A DNA stretch of 64,000 bases. It comes from Planctomycetota bacterium. Lineage in GTDB: Bacteria > Planctomycetota > UBA1135 > GCA-002686595. The notes beneath the pieces were generated by a model. It was not told the origin of the DNA and searched no databases. It saw only the letters and a program-made list of their open reading frames with translations. The stretch covers positions 2,098-66,097 of the forward strand of contig DUDB01000072.1 in NCBI GenBank assembly GCA_012959525.1, read 5' to 3'. Positions 44,015 to 53,068 of the stretch are shown piece after piece; positions within the stretch are counted from its first letter, which is position 1; each line of letters begins with the position of its first letter. Made by a program: the position numbers and the translations under genes.

Positions 44015-45568
44015 TCAGGGGCGCTCGCTGCCGATAAGGAGGTCGAGTAGCTCATCCAGATCCAGGATGTTGGGCATCCGCGGGTCTGTGGGGTCGAGGA
44101 CGACGCGCTTGATCTGGAGGTTCTGGGCGGCTTCGCGGGCCAGGTAGAGCCGACCGCCGGGGCTCTCAAGGACTTCGTTGTGAAGACGCTCCGAGAGAGC
44201 TCCCGCCTGGGCCAGAGCCAGCTGGCCCTGGGCCAGGAGGTGAGTCTTCTCGCTCCTGGCTTCCGATTGAAGCTGATGGACCGCAGCCCGGCTCTCACGC
44301 TCCAAGGCCTCTACCTGCTGGGCAAGGCCCAGGCCCTCGCCCAGGTTGACCTCGGTGAATTCGGCCTCGAGGCGGGCGGCATCTCCGAGATATTCCAGTC
44401 GGGCCTCGGCCAGGGAGAGAGAGGCCAGACGGTAGTCGAGGGCAAGGGGGTCTGCCGCCTCGGCAGTGACCGGCTTCGGATTCGCCACTGCCTTGGTCAG
44501 GGCTTTGGAAGCGCTCAAGAGGCGCTTGCCCTCTGCACTGGCCTCCGCCTCGGCAACCGCTCCGGCGGCGGCCACCTCGTGCGGGTATTCCTGAGCCGCC
44601 CGTTGGAGGGCATGCAGCTCCCGCTCCAGTTCAATGCGCTCCTGGGCAATCCGCAGATCCCACTCGGCTGCCAGGGCCCTCTGCTCGGCGGCCACCTCGT
44701 GCAGGCTGAACTCGCGCTGCAACTCGGCTGCTTGCAGGGCGGAGAGGGATTGGTTGGTCAGCTCGGTCTGGGTGGCGAGCTGCTTCTCATGCAGCTTGCT
44801 CTCGAAGGAGGGGTCGAAGTAGACCGCGCCGATGACGACCTCCATGGCCTCGAGGTGCACCTCTTCGAGATCGGCGTTGAGGCGTGTCAGTACAGCCTCC
44901 TCTACTTGCGCGCGTGCGTCGCTGCTGGCAAATGCGTCCGTGGACAACTGCCCCATCTCTTCCAGCAGCACGCGCCTTGCGATGGCTGTCACGCGGCGCG
45001 GGTAGTCGTTCTTCAGGCCCGCCTCAACCACACGCCAGGCCTGCCCGGGTTGGATCCGGTAGGGAATACACACGTTCACCTCGGCCGGGACGCCCCCTTG
45101 AATGGCCACGGCCAGCATGGGTTCGGTACCGCCGAGGTTCTCCCAGCCGAAGATCACGAACTGTGAGCCCCCGGCGATCTGATGCCAGGTGGAGCGGCCA
45201 CCCCAGGCGAGGTGGATGCCCGAGCCGTGGTCCCGTTCCACGATACCGGCGTTGTCGCCCCAGTTGATCTGCTCGACGGCCACCATGCCCGGGGGCACCC
45301 GTTCAAGGATCGAAGCACCCGCGATGCACACGACTGCCGCCATCACCAGGCCGCTGAGAGATGCCCTGAGAACTCGGCGCATGGGCCGCAGGCGATCACG
45401 CAGGCGGGTGGAAGAGGCGACGCCCCGGGCGCGCTGGAGGCAGGCACTGAAGAAGCCCCCGAGGACACTCAGGACTAAGGTGAACGGCCTTCCACAGGCG
45501 CGCAGCAGGGCTCCGAGGCCCCGCAGGATGGATCGGAAGACACCCTGGGTGGATTCGAGCATTGTCAT
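44015..45568 (-). CDS. SPFH/band-7 domain membrane protein with a long C-terminal coiled coil
   Basis: Arg-rich N-tail, TM LSGLVMAAVVCIAGASIL, SPFH-like core (VPPGMVAVEQ...GIHLAWGG...NVCIPYRI...) and about 250 aa of A/E/Q/L/R-rich heptad-like sequence. The ATG overlaps the upstream stop in an ATGA at 45565-45568. Confidence 0.7.
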   Translation of the reverse strand: MTMLESTQGVFRSILRGLGALLRACGRPFTLVLSVLGGFFSACLQRARGVASSTRLRDRLRPMRRVLRASLSGLVMAAVVCIAGASILERVPPGMVAVEQINWGDNAGIVERDHGSGIHLAWGGRSTWHQIAGGSQFVIFGWENLGGTEPMLAVAIQGGVPAEVNVCIPYRIQPGQAWRVVEAGLKNDYPRRVTAIARRVLLEEMGQLSTDAFASSDARAQVEEAVLTRLNADLEEVHLEAMEVVIGAVYFDPSFESKLHEKQLATQTELTNQSLSALQAAELQREFSLHEVAAEQRALAAEWDLRIAQERIELERELHALQRAAQEYPHEVAAAGAVAEAEASAEGKRLLSASKALTKAVANPKPVTAEAADPLALDYRLASLSLAEARLEYLGDAARLEAEFTEVNLGEGLGLAQQVEALERESRAAVHQLQSEARSEKTHLLAQGQLALAQAGALSERLHNEVLESPGGRLYLAREAAQNLQIKRVVLDPTDPRMPNILDLDELLDLLIGSERP

Positions 45569-46917
45569 TGGATGGGCTCCGAGTAGGCGATGACCTGGGC
45601 TTGGCCAGGGCTTGGGAGTTGGGGCGTGGGGGCGATCTCGATTGAGATCCCCATGAGCTTGTGGACCAGGGCGGCGCGCACGGCGGCAATACCATGGGCC
45701 GAGAAGGCGTCGGTCTGGGCTTGGAAGCCCTGTGCGTCCAGTCGGGCCACGTCCGTGAGGACCTGTGCCTCACGCTGGTCGGCCGCCAGGTGCAGTTGGG
45801 CCTCGAGCACCGCGGCCAGACTGGCGGATTGAGCGGCCTGCAGGGCCCTCTGCGATTCCCGCTGGGCTTGGACCCACTCGATCTGCAGCCCGTTCCGGAT
45901 CTTGGCTTGCTCCAGCCCCAGCTCCCGGCGCCTCTGTCCCAGCGCGGCCGCCTGACTTGCTCGGAGCCTCTGCTCCTCTTCCCGCAGGGTCGCCGTCGAG
46001 CGCTCCAGGTCCACGCGCAGGGCCTGGGCCTCGGCTCGGCTCTCGGCCAGAGCCAACTCGGATGCCAAGGAGCGGTCCGACTGCTTGCGATCCGCCGCGT
46101 AGCGGGTGAGCTCTTGATTGCGCAGGGCCTCCTGGATCAAGGAGTGAAGTGTCTCGCGCATGCGCACCAACTCCAGCTCCTTCTCCTTGCGCACCTGTTC
46201 CATGATGGCCGTGCGACCGGCCAGCATCTGGGTGCGCTCCACGTTGATCTTGAAGGCGTCCTGGTCGGCCACCTTGCGGCGGCTGATAGTCTCCTCGTAC
46301 TTGCCGGAGAACTTGGGCTTGGAGACGGAGACCTCGAGAACCGTCAGGCCGTGCCGGGCAAGGCTGCGTTCCAGGTCCTCCTTGGCCGCCAGGGTGGCGG
46401 CCTGCTTGGCGTTGGAGAGGAGCACCTCGGCAGGGGTCAACTGCCCGAATGCCGCGCGCAAGGCCCCCCTGGCGTAGGCATCCACGATGCCGTCCTTGAA
46501 GCCGCTGGTGGGTCCGGAGTCCAGGAGCGCGAGGGTCGCCGCTTCAGGGGCCAGGGCGTAGAGAACCTCCACCCGGTCGAATGAGAAGCAGGTGCCCTCA
46601 CGGCCGCGCACCACGAGCGTGGGCACATGGTTGGCATCCAGGCGTTCGCTACCCGCCATGATGTACTCCACGGGTCGCCGGTCCAGGCAGTAGATCTCTT
46701 GGAACCAGGGTAGGAAGGTCTGGACGCCCGGCCGTTCGATGTTCTCCAGGTCGTGTCCAAGGTGATCGGCGAAGACCGCCAGTTGATGGTCGTGGACGGT
46801 GGCCATACCGCCGTCCTGGGCCACGTGACGAAGCGCGAAGTAGAGGCCGGCGAAGAGCGTGAGTAGGGCCACGCCCATCTCGAGGACGATAGCTCCGCGA
46901 GTTGCGGATGAGTGCAT
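45565..46917 (-). CDS. SPFH/band-7 domain membrane protein with a long C-terminal coiled coil (paralogous partner)
   Basis: The ATG at 46915-46917 gives MHSSATRGAIVLEMGVALLTLFAGLYFAL (TM). The SPFH-like core has ERPGVQTFLPWFQEIYCLDRRPVEY...VEVLYAL...LTVLEVSVSKPKF. A/E/Q/L/R-rich coiled coil follows. The track start is at 46983. Confidence 0.7.
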   Translation of the reverse strand: MHSSATRGAIVLEMGVALLTLFAGLYFALRHVAQDGGMATVHDHQLAVFADHLGHDLENIERPGVQTFLPWFQEIYCLDRRPVEYIMAGSERLDANHVPTLVVRGREGTCFSFDRVEVLYALAPEAATLALLDSGPTSGFKDGIVDAYARGALRAAFGQLTPAEVLLSNAKQAATLAAKEDLERSLARHGLTVLEVSVSKPKFSGKYEETISRRKVADQDAFKINVERTQMLAGRTAIMEQVRKEKELELVRMRETLHSLIQEALRNQELTRYAADRKQSDRSLASELALAESRAEAQALRVDLERSTATLREEEQRLRASQAAALGQRRRELGLEQAKIRNGLQIEWVQAQRESQRALQAAQSASLAAVLEAQLHLAADQREAQVLTDVARLDAQGFQAQTDAFSAHGIAAVRAALVHKLMGISIEIAPTPQLPSPGQAQVIAYSEPIQ

Positions 46918-47030
46918 GTTGCTGGGGGGTGGGAGGATCGGAGGCGTGTCCGTCCATGGGCACACCTTGCGAATGCCCTCCAACCCCGCACGCGATGCGG
47001 GTTCCGTCCCAATTCGATTCTGCTAGCCGC

Positions 47031-50000
47031 TCAGGTGGCTCGCTGCACCCAGGTCTGGGCGATCTCGCTCAGATCCGGCCGTGTTCCGTCCGCGTCACCG
47101 AAGTAGTGCTTCTCGATATTCTGGATCTGCCCCTGCAGCTCCTCGCGAGAGTCGGGCGTCAGACCATTGGTGGACTCGATACGCCGCAGCAGTCCGATGA
47201 CCGTGAAGGGGGACAGGGGTTCGGGAACCGTGAAGCGTGCCTCGCTGGTGCCGCCTGCCGCAGACCTGAGCGCCGCGCGCACGCCCAGGACCAGGGCCAA
47301 CGCCACGGCCTGGCCCTCAAAATGCGCATCGGCCAACGCCACGGCCGTACCCAGCAGCCACGTCCAGAAGCCCGGTCCGTCCACTTCGCCGTAGCGGGCT
47401 TCCAACGAGATGGTCTGGCCGACAGAGGCCAGGTCCGCGTCCACATAGCGCTGGTAGGTCAACTCGACCTCTTCCTCGGGCAGAACGGCGCTGCCGAAGG
47501 CAAAGGAGTCAGGTAGCTGGGTGAGATTTTCCCCTGCCTGCATCTCGACCATGAAGGTGCGATCGCTGATCACCTGCGGCGCGGCGCTCTCGGCGTCGAA
47601 CTTGGAGATGGCGTTGCCCTGATCCTCTACGGAGACCACCTCAAAGCCCTCGGGAGCCAGATCGACCAGGTCCTCAAAGCTCGGCAAGAGTCCGCGGGCG
47701 CTGGCCTGGACTTCGAGCAGGAGCTTGCCACTCTCCGCCTCGCGCTCGTCCAGGGTCTGGGTCAGCTTGAGCTGCGCGAAGGGGCGCGGGTCCACCTGGC
47801 CCGAGCCGCAGTCGAGGACCACCGGGGACGACTCGATGGGCAGCAGGGCGTAGCCCACCGAATCCATGAAGTCCAAGTCGAGGCGCAGAGAGGGGATGCG
47901 GTCCACCTCCGGCCCGCGCGCCTTCAAAAGCACGTAGGCGTAGGGCGTCAGGCGCCAGCCGTACTCCGCCGTAGCGCGCGAGTGGGTGTCGGGGTGGTTG
48001 AAGGTGATGGACTGCACATCGAAGTGCTCGCTGAGCACGTCGTGGGTGAACTCCTCGAACTTGTCGCGGTAGTCCTCCGTGGGGCGCCCGTAGTTGAACG
48101 CATTCACCGTGGCGTTCTGATTCACCAGATACTTGCCGAAGCCACCCGACTCGCGCTCGATGGCGCCGGTGTGTCGTAGATTCACGAAGACTCCGAAGGG
48201 TTCTCCGCTGCCCACGTGCGCGCTGCCATCCACCGCAACGTCCAGCTGGATCTCTGTGATCAGGTCCTTGTAGTAGGTCAGGATCTTGTGGGCCTCGCGC
48301 GTGCGTTCTGTCTCGCCAGCGATCTTGAGTCCCGAGCGCAGATAGCTGTACTTGACGGCCGGGTTGACTGAGCCGATACGCGTGAAGAGCGCGTTGGCGA
48401 AGCGATCCATGTGACGCTTTGCTGCCTCGCCGGGGAGAGCCTCGATGGCTTCCTTGATGAGGGCGAGCTGGTTCTGTACGGGCTGCTTGTAGCTGTCGAG
48501 AGCCTGCAGGTCGCACGCCCCCAGGCTGGCGTAGAACCAGGTCTCGTACAGGTTCTGGGCCTCTTCATCTTCGTCCAGGTCGGGCAGTGCTGCCTGATAC
48601 AAGCGTGCCGCGTCGGCAAAGCCAGCCAGGGCCTCCTTGCGCTTGCCCGCAAACTCGCTGCTCTTGGCCACCTCCTGGCGGAAGTTGTTCTCGTCGTGGG
48701 CGACGGAGGCCAGGGCGATACTCAGAGCCCAGTCCCCGGGGTGGCTGTCCAAGGACTCCTGGGCCACGGTGGCGGCTGTGGAGTAGCCGCTCAGGATCTC
48801 GGCCTCGATGTCCTTCTGGCGCCGGTTGGTCTTCTTCGCTTCCTGGGTGGCGGGCCTGCGCCAGACACCCACCAGGTTCTTGCGCATCTCCTGCACGAGG
48901 GCGGCGACCGTACGCGGGGCCAGCTCGCTGAGATCCCCAAAGACCCTCTCGATGGTCTCCACCTGATAGACCTCCGCGCTCGAGTGCGCGTTTGTGAAGG
49001 CCGTGGCCACCAGCTCCTCGTTCACCCCCTCCAGGGGCAGGGCCCGAATACGCTGCACCCAGGCGGCGAGATCTTTCAGGTTGCGCTCCTGCTTGGAGCG
49101 CGTGAGCGGGATGCCCGCCGACAGTTGGCTGAACCCGTACACGAACATGTACTCATTGGTGCGGTTGTTGCTCGCGTTGGGGTTGTGGTTCCTGATCCAC
49201 ACGCGCAGAAACTCCTCTACCAGGGCCTCGGCCTGATCGGGGTGCGTCCGAGCCAGACGCTCTATGTAGGGGAACGCCTCCTCTTCGGCCTGGACCTTGA
49301 GCAGCAGCTGGGCCGTGACCATCTCGAACTTGGGACGCAGCCCCTGGGCGATCAGCTCCATCCACTGGGGGCTCGGGCGCATGGCGAGCATCTCGTTCGC
49401 CCCAATGGGGATGGGGGCGTTGCGATTGAACGAGGTGCTGGCCATGTTCGTGTAGAAGATGTTCCCGAAGGGGTCAACCTGCACGGACTGCCCGCGCGAG
49501 ACGGTGGTATCAAAGCTGTGGGTGCAGACCGCCTCCTGCAACCAGTTGTTGGCCAGCAGATTGAGGGTGTCGGCCCACTCGCGCGCACGCTCGGGGGCGG
49601 ACTCAAGGAGGGCTTCGGCCGCTGTGGTCTGTAGCTCCAGATTGGCGTGCCGTAGGGGCATGACCCGGGCCTGCTCGAGCAGGCCGCGCGAACTGGAGGA
49701 GCCCAGCAGCGCTAGGATCTCCGCCCCCCGCTCGGGCCGCGTCGTGAAGCTCTCCGTGAGCCAGGTCTGGCCCAGGGTCTCGTGCACCTTGGGTGCCAAT
49801 TCCACGGCGCGCTTGAGGGCTTCCTTCTTGGTGTCGTCTTCCACGTCGCCCGGAGCCAAGGCACTCATGGTGGCCTGCCAGGTGGCGTTCAGGTCGGTGT
49901 CCTTGTTGTCCCGCTGATACTGGGCCAGATGGTGTCGCGCCAGGAGGTTGAGGATGGGACGGTCATCGGCTGCCTGGGCCTCCTCCAAGGAGGGCAGGAA

Positions 50001-50981
50001 CTCGCCCGCCTCCACGAAGAAGTGGCCTTCCAGGAGAACGTGCGCTAGTTGCTCGTGGGCGAGGGGGAAATTCTCAGTGGCCAGGGCGGGACGCAGCGCA
50101 CTCAGGCAGCTATCGATGAGCACACCTTCGTTGACGGTTAGGCGCAGCAGCTGGCCCAATCCCTTGATCTGCAGTTCGACGACCTTGGCCGGGGCTGCGG
50201 CGACAAGTCCGACCAGGTCCTGAGCATCGAAGTAGTTCTTCTCCGCGAATGGGGCCAGAGAACCGTTGACCTTGACCGGACCCTCCGTCAGCGACTTGAT
50301 CAGTTGAGCGTAAGCGACGCGCCCTTCAGGCTTGGTGAGGGAGGCCAGGTATTCGCGCACGGCCTCCCACTCTCCCAGGGTGACTTGTCGCTGGAACAGG
50401 GCCAATTCGGCCTCGAGTTGCTTTTCCTCGAATTCTTCCGCCGCCTTCTCAGCGGCTTTCTCGGCTTTCTTCTCAGCGGCCTTCTGGGTCTTCTCCCGGT
50501 CCTCGGCAGCCTCCTCGATGGCCTCTGCGGCTTCCTCCTCGCTCATGCCCTCGAGATCCACTTCCTCGATCGGAACCTCGACCGGCTCGGCTTTCACCGG
50601 TGGTTCGGGTGCCTCGGGTGGTTCGGCGGCCCATGCGGAGAGGGAGGCCGAGGGGCGGCGATCGAAGACGAGCTTCTTCAGCTTCTTGCCACGGTCGGTG
50701 TCGGCTTTCTCCTCGGACTTGTCGTTCTGGCCCTCGGGCGCGGGAGGCTCTGGGATAAGACCCTGTTCCATCAGGGCCTTGAGCTCTTCCGGGCTGATTG
50801 GGGCCGGTACCAAGGGAAGGGCGCGCGTCGGACCCGAGATGATTGCGCGCCTCAGCGGGATAGCAGGTTTCGCGCGCACGGGTGTCTGCGCCCAGATGGG
50901 GGCCATTCCCCCTAGGCAGATAAGCGGTACGAGAGCCCGGATGGGGTCTTGGAAGAGCGAACGGGCGGACGGGTTCAGCAT
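47031..50981 (-). CDS. 1316-aa hypothetical secreted/membrane-anchored protein at the distal end of the MoxR-VWA array (the position BatD occupies in Bat operons)
   Basis: Signal-like N-terminus (LVPLICLGGMAPIWAQ). K/E/A-rich low-complexity block (AEKKAEKAAEKAAEEFEEKQLEAE). About 750 aa of helical-repeat-like sequence. A beta-rich C-terminal region. A hydrophobic segment AVALALVLGV lies near residue 1215, followed by a tail of about 90 aa. I recognise no catalytic motif. Confidence 0.7.
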   Translation of the reverse strand: MLNPSARSLFQDPIRALVPLICLGGMAPIWAQTPVRAKPAIPLRRAIISGPTRALPLVPAPISPEELKALMEQGLIPEPPAPEGQNDKSEEKADTDRGKKLKKLVFDRRPSASLSAWAAEPPEAPEPPVKAEPVEVPIEEVDLEGMSEEEAAEAIEEAAEDREKTQKAAEKKAEKAAEKAAEEFEEKQLEAELALFQRQVTLGEWEAVREYLASLTKPEGRVAYAQLIKSLTEGPVKVNGSLAPFAEKNYFDAQDLVGLVAAAPAKVVELQIKGLGQLLRLTVNEGVLIDSCLSALRPALATENFPLAHEQLAHVLLEGHFFVEAGEFLPSLEEAQAADDRPILNLLARHHLAQYQRDNKDTDLNATWQATMSALAPGDVEDDTKKEALKRAVELAPKVHETLGQTWLTESFTTRPERGAEILALLGSSSSRGLLEQARVMPLRHANLELQTTAAEALLESAPERAREWADTLNLLANNWLQEAVCTHSFDTTVSRGQSVQVDPFGNIFYTNMASTSFNRNAPIPIGANEMLAMRPSPQWMELIAQGLRPKFEMVTAQLLLKVQAEEEAFPYIERLARTHPDQAEALVEEFLRVWIRNHNPNASNNRTNEYMFVYGFSQLSAGIPLTRSKQERNLKDLAAWVQRIRALPLEGVNEELVATAFTNAHSSAEVYQVETIERVFGDLSELAPRTVAALVQEMRKNLVGVWRRPATQEAKKTNRRQKDIEAEILSGYSTAATVAQESLDSHPGDWALSIALASVAHDENNFRQEVAKSSEFAGKRKEALAGFADAARLYQAALPDLDEDEEAQNLYETWFYASLGACDLQALDSYKQPVQNQLALIKEAIEALPGEAAKRHMDRFANALFTRIGSVNPAVKYSYLRSGLKIAGETERTREAHKILTYYKDLITEIQLDVAVDGSAHVGSGEPFGVFVNLRHTGAIERESGGFGKYLVNQNATVNAFNYGRPTEDYRDKFEEFTHDVLSEHFDVQSITFNHPDTHSRATAEYGWRLTPYAYVLLKARGPEVDRIPSLRLDLDFMDSVGYALLPIESSPVVLDCGSGQVDPRPFAQLKLTQTLDEREAESGKLLLEVQASARGLLPSFEDLVDLAPEGFEVVSVEDQGNAISKFDAESAAPQVISDRTFMVEMQAGENLTQLPDSFAFGSAVLPEEEVELTYQRYVDADLASVGQTISLEARYGEVDGPGFWTWLLGTAVALADAHFEGQAVALALVLGVRAALRSAAGGTSEARFTVPEPLSPFTVIGLLRRIESTNGLTPDSREELQGQIQNIEKHYFGDADGTRPDLSEIAQTWVQRAT

Positions 50982-51240
50982 GGGAGGGCTAACCTCGAGC
51001 AGCGAAGAAGTGACAGCGGATGATCGGGTTGATGATTAATCGTTGGTGCGGGCGCTGCGCACACCCTTTCCCCGGATGGAGGACCCGAGTGGGCGAACCA
51101 GCGAACTGCACAGTGCAGGGAACTCAGGAGCCCGAACCGTCCGGCGGCGGGCCGGAGGATGCACCGCGTGCGTCCTTGCTCTTCGGTCCGTTTGCCTTTC
51201 CCTTTCCTCGGCCGCGACCGCGACCGCTACCACAGCCTTG

Positions 51241-51879
51241 TCATTGGCTGGGCAGGGGGAGACCCTGGAGTTCGGACAGGTCCATGCGCGCCAGTCGGAT
51301 GGCGGATTCCAGATCCTCCCGAGCCTTGAGCACCTCAGATCCCTCAGCCTCAACGGCCTCGGCTTGACTGGCCAGCAGCTTGAAGGTCTGCCGTGCACTG
51401 TCGATGTGGGGCTCCCAGTCCTCCCGGGCTGCGCCTTCCAAGCGCAGGAGCCAGGTCAGGTAGTACTGGCTGGTGGCGAAGGTGCGCTGGGTGTCCGCCA
51501 GCAGGGCGGGGTCGACGCTCGGATCTTCGAGCAGTTCGGTGACCAAGCCGGCCAACGACGCGTTGGCGTCGGGCAGCTTGGAGATGTTCATCTGGGCCTT
51601 GGCGCGCTCCAACTTGAGGCGGCGCACGTCCTCCACACGCTCGCCCGGCAGGAGAGCCAGGGCCTCGGCGTATTCGGCCTCGGCGTCGAACCACTCCCCG
51701 CGTGCGGCGGTCTCGCCCTCTGCGGCGGTCAGGCGCACGGCCTCAGCGGCGTGGGCGTCCGCGCTGGCTATCAGCGTGGCGGCATCATCCAGGCGCAGGT
51801 GATCCTGGCCCGGGCCCATGTGGTAGGCGTAGGCAGCGACCGGCAAGGTCAGCCAGGTGGCGATAAGGAGTCGTTTCAT
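51241..51879 (-). CDS. Secreted all-helical (TPR-like) hypothetical protein (the position BatC occupies in Bat operons)
   Basis: Signal peptide MKRLLIATWLTLPVAAYA. 212 aa of Ala/Glu/Leu-rich helical sequence. Same strand, between the VWA genes and the giant ORF. Confidence 0.55.
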   Translation of the reverse strand: MKRLLIATWLTLPVAAYAYHMGPGQDHLRLDDAATLIASADAHAAEAVRLTAAEGETAARGEWFDAEAEYAEALALLPGERVEDVRRLKLERAKAQMNISKLPDANASLAGLVTELLEDPSVDPALLADTQRTFATSQYYLTWLLRLEGAAREDWEPHIDSARQTFKLLASQAEAVEAEGSEVLKAREDLESAIRLARMDLSELQGLPLPSQ

Positions 51880-52045
51880 GGCGTCGGGTCCAACGGGGGC
51901 AATGGGACGCGCAGATACTGCGCGAACTCATGAGTGTGTGTATTGTCGCTGAAGAGACTGGAAGAGGGGAGTGAAAAGAGGCAGGAGGATATCCCAAATC
52001 CGGGAATCATCATTGGGGAGGTTATGGGGCATACAGACGCGAACT

Positions 52046-53068
52046 TCAACGCCGTATTCCCGGCCTCCAACGGGTGCCGAAGAGCTGCAACAGCAAGGGC
52101 AGGAGGGCGAGCCAGCCCGCTCCGAGTCCGCAGGCGGCCAAGGCGTACTCGCGTAGGCTGAGCTGCTCAAGCGCGCTCTCCGCCCCGCTCTGGGTCAGGT
52201 CACGGATCAGAACCGAGCTCAGGTGCTTGGTGTTGCCGTTGTGGAATGATCCCCCCAGGCGGGTGGCAATCTGCCTCAGGGTGGATATGTCTTGTCGGGA
52301 CTGGGCACCGTCGATGAACGAGCCCGCACGCGGGTCGCCGACTCCCACGACCAGGACCGACTCGATGGAGGGTGGCATCTTGGGCATGCCTTGGGCGGGC
52401 ACGGTGTCACCGTCGCTGACCAGGATCAACGTCGTCGAGTTGGGCTCCCAGGCCTTCGCCGTCTCGGCCGCGGCCTGAAGTCCGTCAAAGAGCTTGGTCT
52501 TGCCGGCTTCGAAGGCGAAGTGAAGAGGCAGGTCTCCCAGGATGTTGCGCACCACCTCCACGTCGCGTGTGCGCTTCACCACGGGCTTGGCGCCGTTGTA
52601 GACGGCCAGTACCGTGAAGCGGTACTGCTCCAGCGGTACCCGGCGCAAGAAAGAGTCGAGCACGTCGCGCGCCCGGTGCATGCGGCTCTGGTGCTTGGTT
52701 GGCCCCGCGTCTTCAAGGCGCATGCTGGGGGAGACGTCGAGTACCAACAAGACGTTCTTGTTCGCATCGTCAACTCCGAAGGCTCCTCCCGCGCCGCTGT
52801 GCACCTTGGGGATCAGGCTCCAAAGGGTGATCAGGCCCCAGGCCAGCGCACCTCCTGCGAGAGCGCGCAGGAATGGAACCATGCGGACCCAGGCAGCAGG
52901 CTGCCCCTTGGGCCCAAAGGCTAGTCGCGCCACCGGCAGCAGGCGCCGCAGATGCAGCAACTCCGCGCAGAGGATGATGGCCATGACGCTGGCCGCAACC
53001 ACAAGACCAGGGCCGCTATCGAATTCCAGGCCGGGGCTCGGGCTCACCTGCGGGATGGTGGCTACCAC
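52046..53068 (-). CDS. VWA-domain membrane protein (BatB-like)
   Basis: Two N-terminal TM segments. MIDAS LVLDVSPSM. VWA core ...ILVSDGD... C-terminal TM LAACGLGAGWLALLPLLL. The start overlaps the upstream stop by 7 nt. Confidence 0.8.
   Translation of the reverse strand: MVATIPQVSPSPGLEFDSGPGLVVAASVMAIILCAELLHLRRLLPVARLAFGPKGQPAAWVRMVPFLRALAGGALAWGLITLWSLIPKVHSGAGGAFGVDDANKNVLLVLDVSPSMRLEDAGPTKHQSRMHRARDVLDSFLRRVPLEQYRFTVLAVYNGAKPVVKRTRDVEVVRNILGDLPLHFAFEAGKTKLFDGLQAAAETAKAWEPNSTTLILVSDGDTVPAQGMPKMPPSIESVLVVGVGDPRAGSFIDGAQSRQDISTLRQIATRLGGSFHNGNTKHLSSVLIRDLTQSGAESALEQLSLREYALAACGLGAGWLALLPLLLQLFGTRWRPGIRR

Noticed and set aside
50400-50560. Imperfect DNA periodicity (TTCTCAGCGGCYTT-like) in the giant gene.
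   Set aside because: It reflects the K/E/A low-complexity coding segment (AEKKAEKAAEKAAEE) and not a discrete DNA repeat element. The copies are imperfect and in frame.
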